DNA of 42,416 bases from Candidatus Moraniibacteriota bacterium (GCA_030648835.1 JAUSGT010000002.1:155665-198080), one strand, 5' to 3'. Counted from the first letter of the stretch, positions 7,431 through 15,702 are shown. Numbers and translations are program-made. Notes: generated from the letters alone by a model not told the origin.

Positions 7431-8840
7431 TTATTTCTTTCCTTCCACTGTCTGGATGGTGAAGCTGAGATCTTTCAAAAGGTCGGCGCTTTGGGTGTAC
7501 TCCTTCTCTCTGGTTTTGAGATGGACAGTGACCGGAAGGGTACCGACACCGGATTGTTTTTGGATGAGGAGACGATAATTGTCCGGTGTGATGGTGCTGG
7601 GGAGCTCGTATTTGAGAGTGGTGTTGACATCGCTCTGCCCAATTTCCACATCCACGAATCCGTCAAAATAGGTTTTGTTGAAAGCTTCTTTGGTTGTCAC
7701 GACATTGATCATCTTTCGCTCAAGGAAGACAGAATTTTTCGGTACGTAGGCGCGGAGATAGGTGTGATAATCACTAGTGCGCCAATCTCCATGAGTAGCC
7801 GTGTTCTTGTATGTGTAGACCAGTGTGGCAGTGGGTTTTTCTTGGGTGAAATCCACCGTGTAATCGAGCGAGCGTTTGATATAGAAGTCTGTTTTGAGAG
7901 CTCCCATATTGGCGTCGAGGAGCATAAGGTAATCACCTCCCCAATCTTTGGCGATGCTTCCGTCCCAGTGGACGTCTTCCACCAGTGACTGAAGAGTGGG
8001 ATCTTTGAAATAGAGCATAACATCTTTATTGCGGAGCTCTTTTTGGGCGAATTCAGCCAGTTTGGGGACGTTGGAAACGGTGGCCACGCGTCTCATAATC
8101 TCGGCGGCGATCCTTTTCATGATCACCTTGCGATTCTGTTTCAGTTCGGCCGGAACATCTTCTCCGAGGTAGACTCTCTCGACGCGATCTTCCAGTTTGT
8201 ACGCGCCGTCAACGCTCGTGTAGATATTGGGATCTCCGGGAATCTGAATCGGCCCCGTCAAAGCGAGGATATTGTTGAATGTCAGCGAGTTGACCGCGAT
8301 GACGCCATCGAATTTTTCATAACCGCCGGCCAGACGATAAAAATATTGTGCCTTCTCGGCATTTGTCGGGAAATCGGGAGAAAAATTGGAATCACGGAAC
8401 TTCCATTTTTTCAGCTGCATCTTGCGGACAAACGGATAGGGAGTGGGAACATCCGCCACAATACGTTGATCCAGAAGGTTGGCGTCTTCCACGAAGGTTG
8501 AGATGACCTCGCCATTCTTTATTTTGATAATGGCATACTGGCCCAAGAATCCGCCACCGGGCCTGAGCTCATCGCTATTCTGCAAAAGCACCAAGAAAAC
8601 ATGAACCCGATCGTCTTTCTTGGTGAGGGTCTCAACGAGGGTGTTGACTACCTCGATCTCTTTTTTGGTGTCCGGAGTGAGAGGAAGAAGTTGGGAGACT
8701 TTTTGAAAAAGATTGAGAGAGCCTATGGCGAGTTCTGTTTTGTGTGTTTTGGCGTAAGAAAAAAAATAGAACCCTCCTGTAACAATGAGAACCAAAAGAA
8801 CGATGAGTACGATACGTATCTTCGTAAAGAAAGGAGGCAT
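7431..8840 (-). CDS. DUF4012 domain membrane-anchored protein
   Basis: N-terminal TM (IVLIVLLVLIVTGGFYFF) and the family signature LLQNSDELRPGGGFLGQYA. Confidence 0.8.
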   Translation of the reverse strand: MPPFFTKIRIVLIVLLVLIVTGGFYFFSYAKTHKTELAIGSLNLFQKVSQLLPLTPDTKKEIEVVNTLVETLTKKDDRVHVFLVLLQNSDELRPGGGFLGQYAIIKIKNGEVISTFVEDANLLDQRIVADVPTPYPFVRKMQLKKWKFRDSNFSPDFPTNAEKAQYFYRLAGGYEKFDGVIAVNSLTFNNILALTGPIQIPGDPNIYTSVDGAYKLEDRVERVYLGEDVPAELKQNRKVIMKRIAAEIMRRVATVSNVPKLAEFAQKELRNKDVMLYFKDPTLQSLVEDVHWDGSIAKDWGGDYLMLLDANMGALKTDFYIKRSLDYTVDFTQEKPTATLVYTYKNTATHGDWRTSDYHTYLRAYVPKNSVFLERKMINVVTTKEAFNKTYFDGFVDVEIGQSDVNTTLKYELPSTITPDNYRLLIQKQSGVGTLPVTVHLKTREKEYTQSADLLKDLSFTIQTVEGKK

Positions 8841-8894
8841 GAATGAGAAAACAAGAAATTAAATACTTTCCCAGTGTACCAGGAGGGAGAGAGT

Positions 8895-8923
8895 TTGAAA
8901 AGAGAGCCCAAGTGCGTTACAAT
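8895..8923 (+). promoter_or_regulatory. sigma70-like promoter TTGAAA-17-TACAAT for tRNA-Gly(CCC)
   Basis: TTGAAA 8895-8900 and TACAAT 8918-8923. The predicted transcript starts about 70 nt upstream of the mature tRNA. Confidence 0.6.
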
Positions 8924-8965
8924 GGTCCTGATAAAGAATTTGCGAGTATAGTACCCGCCTTCGTT

Positions 8966-8998
8966 CTTTGGACTACGGGCGGGCAGGCAATGGTAGTA
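8966..8998 (+). repeat. conserved tRNA-Gly leader core, copy 2
   Basis: CTTTGGACTACGGGCGGGCAGGCAATGGTAGTA matches 1129-1161 at 30 of 33 positions. It ends 1 nt before the tRNA. Confidence 0.8.
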
Positions 8999-8999
8999 A

Positions 9000-9070
9000 G
9001 CGGGTATAGTATAGTGGTAATACGTGACCTTCCCAAGGTTAAGCGAGGGGTTCGATTCCCCTTACCCGCT
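9000..9070 (+). tRNA. tRNA-Gly (anticodon CCC)
   Basis: 71-nt cloverleaf. Acceptor GCGGGTA/TACCCGC, D arm GTAT-AGTGGTA-ATAC, anticodon arm TGACC-TTCCCAA-GGTTA, T arm AGGGG-TTCGATT-CCCCT. Confidence 0.9.
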
Positions 9071-9118
9071 CACACATAACAATGTAATTTGAAGGTTTGA
9101 CAACTCAGCCATAGCGGG

Positions 9119-9147
9119 TTGACGCTGGGCAGATGTTGTTGTAAAAT
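9119..9147 (+). promoter_or_regulatory. sigma70-like promoter TTGACG-17-TAAAAT
   Basis: TTGACG 9119-9124 and TAAAAT 9142-9147, upstream of the DUF3494 gene. Confidence 0.5.
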
Positions 9148-9190
9148 TCAAGAAAGGTTTCAAAAGTTGATACAAAAAAGATAAATACTT

Positions 9191-10144
9191 ATGAAGATAT
9201 ATATTAAGGTTTCGGTGGTAGCGTTGGCCGTAGCGTTGGTGGTTGGCCCCGCGGGATCAATGACTACGCATGCGGCAACAACACCAGGTCTTGGACAGGC
9301 GGCCAGTTTCGTTATTCTTTCTAGTACCTACACGAACACCGCAGGTGGTACGACGCTCACTGGTGATTTGGGATATACTACCGGTCCGGCAGTGGCACCG
9401 ACAGTGAATGGCTCTACATTCAGTCCCCCTTCCATCAAATATTCTCAAGCAGGCATAGATCAGGCTTCTGCTTTGGCAAGTCTCAATGGCGAAACCTGTA
9501 CCGCTATCGCCGGCCCGCTCAATGCGGTAATTGTTGGTGGTAATCCGGCCGGAACCTTTCCTCCCGGTTGTTATGAAACCACCGGTGCAATGACCATAAC
9601 TTTATCTACGACAGTAACCCTCGATCTTACCGCAGCTGGTGCTGTAGGCAGTACCTGGGTCTTTAGGGCAGCGGGCGGAACACTTACTACAGGAGCCGAC
9701 GCTATCGTTGCCTTGGCCAATGGAGCATCATCTTGCGATGTATTTTGGGCTCCAACTGGGGCGACCACTCTGGGTGCGAATACTACGTTCAAAGGAACAG
9801 TCATCGATGCCGCAGGTATTACCATAGGTAGTACAGTGGGGTGGGTAGGACGAGCCTTGGCGTTCGGAGGAACAATTTCTACGGATACAGACACTATCTC
9901 ATCAACATCATGTACAGCCGCTACTTCTGCTGCGGCTGCTGCTGCCGACGAAGATGTCTCTGATACGAGTGGTCACAACGATAAAAACACTGATAAGAAG
10001 AAGAAAAAGAAAGCTCCGAAGTTGCCGGCTACCGGCGTTGCTTTTGAAGAGAGGAGTGCTTCCTGGAATACCAGCGCACTGGCTGGCGCACTTATCCTTG
10101 TCTCAACTTCACTCGTTGTCGTAGCGAGAAAACGTGCTCTTTAG
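9191..10144 (+). CDS. secreted DUF3494 (ice-binding-like beta-helix) protein with C-terminal LPXTG cell-wall sorting signal
   Basis: Signal peptide, then the family opening LGQAASFVILSSTYTNTAGGTTLTGDLG and a Thr/Gly/Ala-rich repeat body. The C-terminus is KKKKKKAPKLPATG plus a hydrophobic stretch plus RKRAL. Confidence 0.8.
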   Translation: MKIYIKVSVVALAVALVVGPAGSMTTHAATTPGLGQAASFVILSSTYTNTAGGTTLTGDLGYTTGPAVAPTVNGSTFSPPSIKYSQAGIDQASALASLNGETCTAIAGPLNAVIVGGNPAGTFPPGCYETTGAMTITLSTTVTLDLTAAGAVGSTWVFRAAGGTLTTGADAIVALANGASSCDVFWAPTGATTLGANTTFKGTVIDAAGITIGSTVGWVGRALAFGGTISTDTDTISSTSCTAATSAAAAAADEDVSDTSGHNDKNTDKKKKKKAPKLPATGVAFEERSASWNTSALAGALILVSTSLVVVARKRAL

Positions 10145-10208
10145 CCCAGACATTTTGTAGAACTATAAATATGTTTGGCGATTATGGTTTGCCCTAGTGG
10201 CAGGAAGG

Positions 10209-10233
10209 AAGGCTCCGCTTTGGCGGAGCCTTT
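10209..10233 (+). terminator. hairpin terminator or attenuator between the LPXTG gene and the sortase gene
   Basis: Perfect 10-bp stem AAGGCTCCGC-TTTG-GCGGAGCCTT followed by a short T-run (TTTG). Confidence 0.55.
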
Positions 10234-10238
10234 GCGGT

Positions 10239-10877
10239 ATGAATCTCATAAGAGAAAAGTTGTACCAAGGTATGCAAACGAAAATTGTGTCAAGCAAAAT
10301 TTTATTGATGATCGTTTTTGGAGGATTCGCACTTTTTGCGATGTCTCTTTCTTATTTTAGCCTAAAAAACAGAACGGAGAGCGATTTGGTGCCGCCCACT
10401 GTAAATATTGCCGTTCAGGAAAAAGAGGGGGTTCCATTGCCGGTACGTCTCAAGATCCCCAAGATTACTGTTGATGCGAAGGTAGAACTTATGGGGCTTA
10501 CGTCCGATGGAGCGATGGAGGCGCCAAAGAGGGGTCGCAATGTAGGGTGGTATAGCGCTGGATCGCGCCCTGGGGAAGTTGGCAGCGCCGTTATGGATGG
10601 ACACTACGGAACATGGAAAAATGGGGAGGGGTCGGTATTTGATAACTTAAATAAACTGGAAAAGGGAGATAGGGTGTCTGTTGAAGATGAAAAAGGGACG
10701 CTAATCACTTTCGTGGTGCGTGAAAGTCGTGAGTATGATTCGAATGCGGATGCGACGGATGTGTTTGATTCAAGCGACGGGAAAGTTCACCTCAATCTTA
10801 TCACCTGCGAGGGAGTTTGGAATAAAGATTCCAAAAGCTATTCACAGCGACTGGTAGTGTTTACTGATAAAGAGTAG
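10239..10877 (+). CDS. sortase family transpeptidase
   Basis: N-terminal TM. Catalytic His context AVMDGHYG, the TLxTC-like motif LNLITCEG and the conserved Arg (QRLVVF). Start moved to ATG 10239 because the track's 10197 start lies inside the upstream hairpin. ATG 10272 is also possible. Confidence 0.85.
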   Translation: MNLIREKLYQGMQTKIVSSKILLMIVFGGFALFAMSLSYFSLKNRTESDLVPPTVNIAVQEKEGVPLPVRLKIPKITVDAKVELMGLTSDGAMEAPKRGRNVGWYSAGSRPGEVGSAVMDGHYGTWKNGEGSVFDNLNKLEKGDRVSVEDEKGTLITFVVRESREYDSNADATDVFDSSDGKVHLNLITCEGVWNKDSKSYSQRLVVFTDKE

Positions 10878-10974
10878 CGAGGATGAGGGGGTACTTTCAT
10901 TGACTGATGATTTTTGGTACACTTTATCTAGGCACGGCTACGAAAGTGCCGGGATTAATATTTTGTAAAACATT

Positions 10975-11652
10975 ATGGAAACATTTCGTATTGGGGAGGC
11001 AATCAAATATGGTTGGGGGAAAACCAAAGCCCATTTTCTTTTCTTGTGGATGGTGTTGGGTATTGTTTGTGGGGTGGCAATCTTTTTGAACATCCTCAGC
11101 AAGGCGGTTGGAGAAAATAGTTTTCTGGGGAGTGCCGTCTCACTTGGGGCGACTGTTCTGGGTATCATATTGCAAATCGGTCTTATCCGTATCTACATTG
11201 ATTTGATTGATCAGGATAAGGAAGATCATTTGGATACGTTGTTTTCACAAACTGGGTTGTTTTGGCGCTACCTTGGCGCGTCAATACTCTACTACGCAGT
11301 GGTTGTGGTAGGGTTCATCCTTCTCATCATCCCGGGTATTTATTTTAGCCTGAAGTATCAATTTTATGGGTATTTGATTATCGACAAAAACTTTCAGCCC
11401 TTTGAGGCTTTGAAGAAAAGCGCTGTGATGACAGTCGGTATAAAGTGGAAACTCTTGGGTTTTTCTTTCGCGCTTGTGGGACTGAATATTGCGGGCGCAC
11501 TGCTCTTAGTGGTCGGACTATTGGTAACGATTCCCATTTCGATTCTCGCTTACGTGTATGTTTACCGCGAGCTTTCCAAGCGTTTAGAGGTGAAAAGCGC
11601 GGCGCCAGCGGCAGTAGAGGCGATTCCTTCGCCCGTGCAGCCTGGAGTATAG
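10975..11652 (+). CDS. integral membrane protein (about 5 TM, DUF975-like topology)
   Basis: 225-aa ORF with several long hydrophobic segments. The family assignment is only tentative. Confidence 0.65.
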   Translation: METFRIGEAIKYGWGKTKAHFLFLWMVLGIVCGVAIFLNILSKAVGENSFLGSAVSLGATVLGIILQIGLIRIYIDLIDQDKEDHLDTLFSQTGLFWRYLGASILYYAVVVVGFILLIIPGIYFSLKYQFYGYLIIDKNFQPFEALKKSAVMTVGIKWKLLGFSFALVGLNIAGALLLVVGLLVTIPISILAYVYVYRELSKRLEVKSAAPAAVEAIPSPVQPGV

Positions 11653-11673
11653 ATTTCTTTGCTTGATAGAGAG

Positions 11674-11699
11674 AAAACCGGAGGCTTATCTCCGGTTTT
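11674..11699. terminator. bidirectional terminator between convergent genes
   Basis: AAAACCGGAG-GCTTAT-CTCCGGTTTT. Confidence 0.8.
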
Positions 11700-11844
11700 A
11701 TTGTCAAACGAAGCGAGCGAAATGAAAGTGTACTTTCGTTTCCGAGCGAGTGAAGACATCAAAGAGTAAAACTCGGCAGCTTGCTGCCGAAACGGATGAG
11801 CGGAGCGAATCAGTGGCGAGAGCTTGCTCCCGAGTGAAAACTAT

Positions 11845-13830
11845 TTATCTTTCTTGCGAGCTGTTGAACAGTCCGTTGAGAGAAGCGTTGATATTGATAG
11901 CCAGTTTCTCAGGAAAAGAAAGTGAGTTTCCTTCTGTCTCTCTTTGTCCGATTAGATTTTCTGCATCTGTAGGAGAAGGCGTGAGCGTGATGGCGTCTTG
12001 CAGCTGGACACGTGTTCCATACGCCAGGAGCTCTTGCGCTTTGGGTCGGTCGGGGTCGAGAGAAACCGGCGGCGGAATTATTTCCGGTTCTTTTTCTTCT
12101 TGAACATTTTCTGCGAGGGTGGGGGGAGGAGTTTCTTCATTACTGTTTTCTGGTGGCACGATTTCATCCGTTGCGGCCGTTTCTTCCGGCGTATCGGAAG
12201 AAAAAATGTTTTTTATGATGTTTTCTTCAAATGCCCATTTTTGTCCTTTTTTCTTTCGGTAGACGATGTTTTCGCCGATGGATTTTTCCAATTTGTATTT
12301 TATCTTCTGCAGGACCTTGCCATCGGGCGCGCGCAGTTCGATCTTGCCTTTTTGGTTGGGGAGCGTGAAGAGGGAAAATTGGCGAGTGAGCTTGGCTTCC
12401 GATTTCGGCTCAATGAAAAAATCTTCACGGATAGGATGATTGGAGAGAACTTTCCATCCGGTGGCGATGCCGAAGCCTTTCAAGTTTACCGTTTTCTTTT
12501 CCCTGTTTTCTATCACAATCCATTCATTGTCGGTATCGTTGCCTGCCGGGTTGGGGAGAAGAGAGGTGATCCGGACTTCCGGATGAGGGTAGGATCCGAT
12601 TTTGAGCGTGAATGTTTCCAGCGTATCTTCCTTTTCGTCAGTTGTTTTGAGTATTACCGTGTATGTCCCGTTTTCTTCGTACGTATGCGAGGTTTTTTCT
12701 TTATAGCTTTTGTGATCATCGCCGAAATCCCAGGTATATTTGAGCGTGTCATGGTCGCTGTCTTTTCCTCGCGCATCAAAATCGACCGCCACCCCGCGGT
12801 AGCCTTTTTTGGGAACCTTCTCTTTGGTTTCCGGAAGATTGTTGAGCACACTCGCGGCGCCGGGGGTAGGCTTGCCACCACGCCAACCGGTTGCGGTGTA
12901 ATTGAGCGAAATATCTTCTTTTGTCGTCGCGTATGATACTTTGTCTTTTTCTTCGTTGTTTGGATCGAGAAGAGAGAGTGTCTCATCGGAATTATTGAGA
13001 GCGAACTTGAATGTCTCACGGTAGATGACCAGAAAATCTTTCGGTTGGATTTTTGTGTCAGCGGGAAAAACGTATTTTCCCGACGCGCTGGCGTCTTTGA
13101 CGGTCCATGAAGAAAGGTCGATGGCTGTATCGGCGGTATTGTAAAGTTCGATGAATTCACCGGTATTCTCATCGCCGGAAGGGTTGGGGAGAAGCTCGTT
13201 AATACGGATGTCGGTAGCGTAGAGTTTTTTCGAAGGATCAGGGCAACCGTCGCCATCGAGATCATCGCTTACGATCGAGGTGACTCCTGTCGGGTTTGGG
13301 GTCACGCTCGTGACTTTCCATTCTAGCGAGGAAAGATTTCTCTCGTTTGATAAGCCGTCTCCCGGATTAAGAAGGGTAATAGATGATGAGAACGGATTGG
13401 TGTGACCGCCGCCAAAAATGACGGAATCCTTGATTGAGCCACTGCTATCGAAGAGTGCGATAGAGCCGTTGCCTGTCAGTGTGGCGGAAGAGGTCGTATC
13501 GGCGAGCGTCTGGTATTCTGACTTTGCCGCGCTGCTTACCCAGAGGAAAAAGTCACTTGGCATGATGGCCTGGCCTTTTTCAATTTCGCGAAGAGAAGAT
13601 TCAGTGCCGCTCTGTATCCGTTTGCGAAGTTTCCAGTGTTCGAGCGGGACACACCTACTTCCGGTATTGTAAAGTTCGATGAAGTCGTCTCCATTTGTAC
13701 TGGTGGCTTTGCCACCGACATATTTTCCGATAGAGAATTCCGAGATGATTACGTCGGCGGAAACAGTGGGGATGTCGAAAAACACATATAAAAAAACAGA
13801 GACACTGATGAAGATGATTTTTGTTTTCAT
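11845..13830 (-). CDS. secreted protein with three lamin-tail domains and one PKD domain
   Basis: Signal peptide MKTKIIFISVSVFLYVFF. LTD signatures are DDFIELYNTGS, INELLPNPSGDENTGEFIELYN and ITSLLPNPAGNDTDNEWIVIEN. The PKD signature is YTWDFGDDHKS..HTYEENGTYTVILKTTD. Confidence 0.85.
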   Translation of the reverse strand: MKTKIIFISVSVFLYVFFDIPTVSADVIISEFSIGKYVGGKATSTNGDDFIELYNTGSRCVPLEHWKLRKRIQSGTESSLREIEKGQAIMPSDFFLWVSSAAKSEYQTLADTTSSATLTGNGSIALFDSSGSIKDSVIFGGGHTNPFSSSITLLNPGDGLSNERNLSSLEWKVTSVTPNPTGVTSIVSDDLDGDGCPDPSKKLYATDIRINELLPNPSGDENTGEFIELYNTADTAIDLSSWTVKDASASGKYVFPADTKIQPKDFLVIYRETFKFALNNSDETLSLLDPNNEEKDKVSYATTKEDISLNYTATGWRGGKPTPGAASVLNNLPETKEKVPKKGYRGVAVDFDARGKDSDHDTLKYTWDFGDDHKSYKEKTSHTYEENGTYTVILKTTDEKEDTLETFTLKIGSYPHPEVRITSLLPNPAGNDTDNEWIVIENREKKTVNLKGFGIATGWKVLSNHPIREDFFIEPKSEAKLTRQFSLFTLPNQKGKIELRAPDGKVLQKIKYKLEKSIGENIVYRKKKGQKWAFEENIIKNIFSSDTPEETAATDEIVPPENSNEETPPPTLAENVQEEKEPEIIPPPVSLDPDRPKAQELLAYGTRVQLQDAITLTPSPTDAENLIGQRETEGNSLSFPEKLAININASLNGLFNSSQER

Positions 13831-13877
13831 ATTGTTTTACCTCTTTCATACCACGAGAAGGGGGATAGTGACAATTT

Positions 13878-13905
13878 TTGCCTCTGGTGGCGTACGTGCT
13901 ATAAT
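13878..13905 (+). promoter_or_regulatory. promoter TTGCCT-16-TGCTATAAT (extended -10)
   Basis: TTGCCT 13878-13883 and TGnTATAAT 13897-13905. Gives a ~140-nt leader before the next CDS. Confidence 0.6.
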
Positions 13906-14054
13906 CTAAATACGGTAATTGAAAAGCATGCCCAGTGGAACAACTTCAAAGAAGTTCTCCCGTGGTGTTGTTTGATAGTTAAGGTTCGAAAGTTTGAGAA
14001 GATATAGAGAGAAAAGTAAGGCTTATTAATCTATTTGAAGTTGTGCCACTAGGT

Positions 14055-14399
14055 ATGGAGGAAGAGAAAAAAACCAGGACGAAGAAAAGTGATATAAATA
14101 CCGGATTTGTGGGGCTTCTTTTGGAGAGCGTCTTCAAAGGTATCCAATCTTCCTTCGACGAAGCGCTTCTCAGAGTACACCAGGCGGTGCATGCGTTTAC
14201 GAGAAAGCTCGCGCGACGAGTGTTTCTTTTTTTCTTTGCTTTTCTGGGGTTGATATTTCTCCTGATCGGTTTGGCAGAGCTTTTGAGTACGGCGTATCGA
14301 TTCCCCGGAGCGGGGGAGACGCTTATGGGGATGTTTATTCTTCTCATTTCCCTTGTGTTGTATGTTTTCGGTCGTGATGATCATTCAACTCATAATTAA
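14055..14399 (+). CDS. two-TM protein resembling YqjE/DUF1469 (Pfam Phage_holin_3_6, Holin-X class)
   Basis: Charged N-terminus, an amphipathic segment and two hydrophobic helices (VFLFFFAFLGLIFLLIGLAELL and TLMGMFILLISLVLYVF). Start ATG 14055, alternative GTG 14043. Assignment rests on architecture and gene neighbourhood only. Confidence 0.5.
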   Translation: MEEEKKTRTKKSDINTGFVGLLLESVFKGIQSSFDEALLRVHQAVHAFTRKLARRVFLFFFAFLGLIFLLIGLAELLSTAYRFPGAGETLMGMFILLISLVLYVFGRDDHSTHN

Positions 14400-14415
14400 T
14401 TAAGAAAAAAGACGT

Positions 14416-14670
14416 ATGGCAAAGAAGCAAATAGAGGCGGTAGCGGATGCGCTCAAGGAAAAGGTGATGGCGCAGGTAGACAAGAGCAAGATTTTGGCCG
14501 TAAAGGAAGTGGCCAAAGTGAAGAAACAACTCGCCAGTACCTACGCGACGGTGGAGAGTTATGCCAAGAAGAATCCGGAGAAGGCTGCTATGGTGGCTGC
14601 CGGTATCGGTGCCGCTTTGGGTGCTGCGATTTCTTTGCTTGTGAGCGGCGGGAAGAAGGGGAAGAAGTAA
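14416..14670 (+). CDS. DUF883 (YqjD/ElaB-like) tail-anchored protein
   Basis: Helical Lys/Glu-rich N-terminal part. The C-terminal KKNPEKAAMVAAGIGAALGAAISLLV resembles the conserved ..NPW.a.g.aAgvG.llG.Ll anchor of ElaB/YqjD. Confidence 0.65.
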   Translation: MAKKQIEAVADALKEKVMAQVDKSKILAVKEVAKVKKQLASTYATVESYAKKNPEKAAMVAAGIGAALGAAISLLVSGGKKGKK

Positions 14671-14690
14671 TCCGAAGAATCTTTCAAATC

Positions 14691-14722
14691 AAAAAAATCC
14701 CGCCAGAGTGGCGGGCTTTTTT
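14691..14722. terminator. bidirectional rho-independent terminator
   Basis: AAAAAAA-TCCCGCCA-GAG-TGGCGGG-C-TTTTTT. Confidence 0.8.
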
Positions 14723-14780
14723 CTAAAATTCAACAAACAAAAGAATTTTTTGTCTTAATTTCACCTCTCGTTTTTCTAAT

Positions 14781-14930
14781 AATCCTTCCTTGCAAGCAAC
14801 CTTCCCGGGGGCCGTTCCGTTCATCCAGCGATGAACTCCACTTATGAACTTTTTTTGATCCGTCGATACAACGGCACCATGCTCAAAAAAACTTCAACTC
14901 TCCCAGGAAGATTCTTGCTACGGAAGGATT
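14781..14930 (-). ncRNA. candidate structured RNA, copy A (inverted homologue of 36562-36713)
   Basis: By hand alignment, 126 of 140 alignable positions are identical to copy B. All helix substitutions are compensated or G-U compatible on this strand. A TATAAT box lies on the minus strand at 14952-14947. See findings. Confidence 0.6.
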
Positions 14931-14971
14931 CTTAGCTTTTTGTGGAATTATACAGGGTGTATACTATTTTT

Positions 14972-15700
14972 ATGGGGCTGATTGGATTACTTGTTACTGT
15001 CGTCATTATGGTGCTCGGAATGGGGTACCTCTATTTTGGCAATCCAAAAACATCAATGACAGTGAATAATGAAAGTATCAAAGCCCCGATTGTGGAAGAA
15101 CTGACTCAGGGCAAATCCGCCATAGACGCCGCGCGTGATGTGAAAAATCTGGTGGAACAGAAGGCGACCGATGTTGGTCAGCAATCAACGGATAGCAGTA
15201 AACAGGCAACAATTAAAGATCAGGAGAAAATAGGGGAGTTGAAAATCGTGAATCGCTTGATGAGTTCCGGATTTTCTGTGCCGTCGAAACCGCGTAGCAT
15301 CGATACCATCGTGCTTCATTCCTCATACGATTTGAATGGCTCGGACCAATATTCCGTGAGCGGAGTAATCAAAGAGTATGCGGATTATGGTGTCAGCGCC
15401 CACTATCTTATCGATCGGGCAGGGACGATTTACCGTCTTGTAGAAGATAAAAACACCGCCTATCATGCCGGTGTCTCCAAGATGCCGGATGGGCGGCAGA
15501 ACGTGAATAATTTTTCCATCGGTATCGAGATAATGAATACGGAAACGGGGCAGTTTACTTCCGCACAGTACACGGCGGTAAATAATCTGATAGCTTCGCT
15601 CAAAAAACAATATCCCATCAAGTTTGTCGTCGGTCACCAAGACATCGCCCCCGGCCGCAAGACTGACCCCTGGAACTTTGATTGGAAAAAGTTGAAATAA
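14972..15700 (+). CDS. membrane-anchored N-acetylmuramoyl-L-alanine amidase (Amidase_2/PGRP fold)
   Basis: IVLHSSY.., SAHYLIDRAGTIYRLV.., AYHAGVS.., NNFSIGIEIMN.. and GHQDIAPGRKTDP are typical AmpD/PGRP motifs. The N-terminal TM is LIGLLVTVVIMVLGMGYLYF. ATG 14972 lies 6 nt after TATACT. The track start GTG 14942 is the alternative. Confidence 0.85.
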   Translation: MGLIGLLVTVVIMVLGMGYLYFGNPKTSMTVNNESIKAPIVEELTQGKSAIDAARDVKNLVEQKATDVGQQSTDSSKQATIKDQEKIGELKIVNRLMSSGFSVPSKPRSIDTIVLHSSYDLNGSDQYSVSGVIKEYADYGVSAHYLIDRAGTIYRLVEDKNTAYHAGVSKMPDGRQNVNNFSIGIEIMNTETGQFTSAQYTAVNNLIASLKKQYPIKFVVGHQDIAPGRKTDPWNFDWKKLK

Positions 15701-15702
15701 TT

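Noticed and set aside
10197-10238. Longer sortase ORF starting at 10197.
   Set aside because: That start lies inside the perfect terminator-like hairpin 10209-10232, and the extra residues are not part of the signal anchor. ATG 10239 or 10272 fits better.
11750-12103. 117-aa plus-strand ORF in the convergent spacer and the 3' end of the lamin-tail gene.
   Set aside because: It lies antisense to a well-supported gene. The spacer part consists of GAGCGA-word hairpins rather than coding-like sequence.
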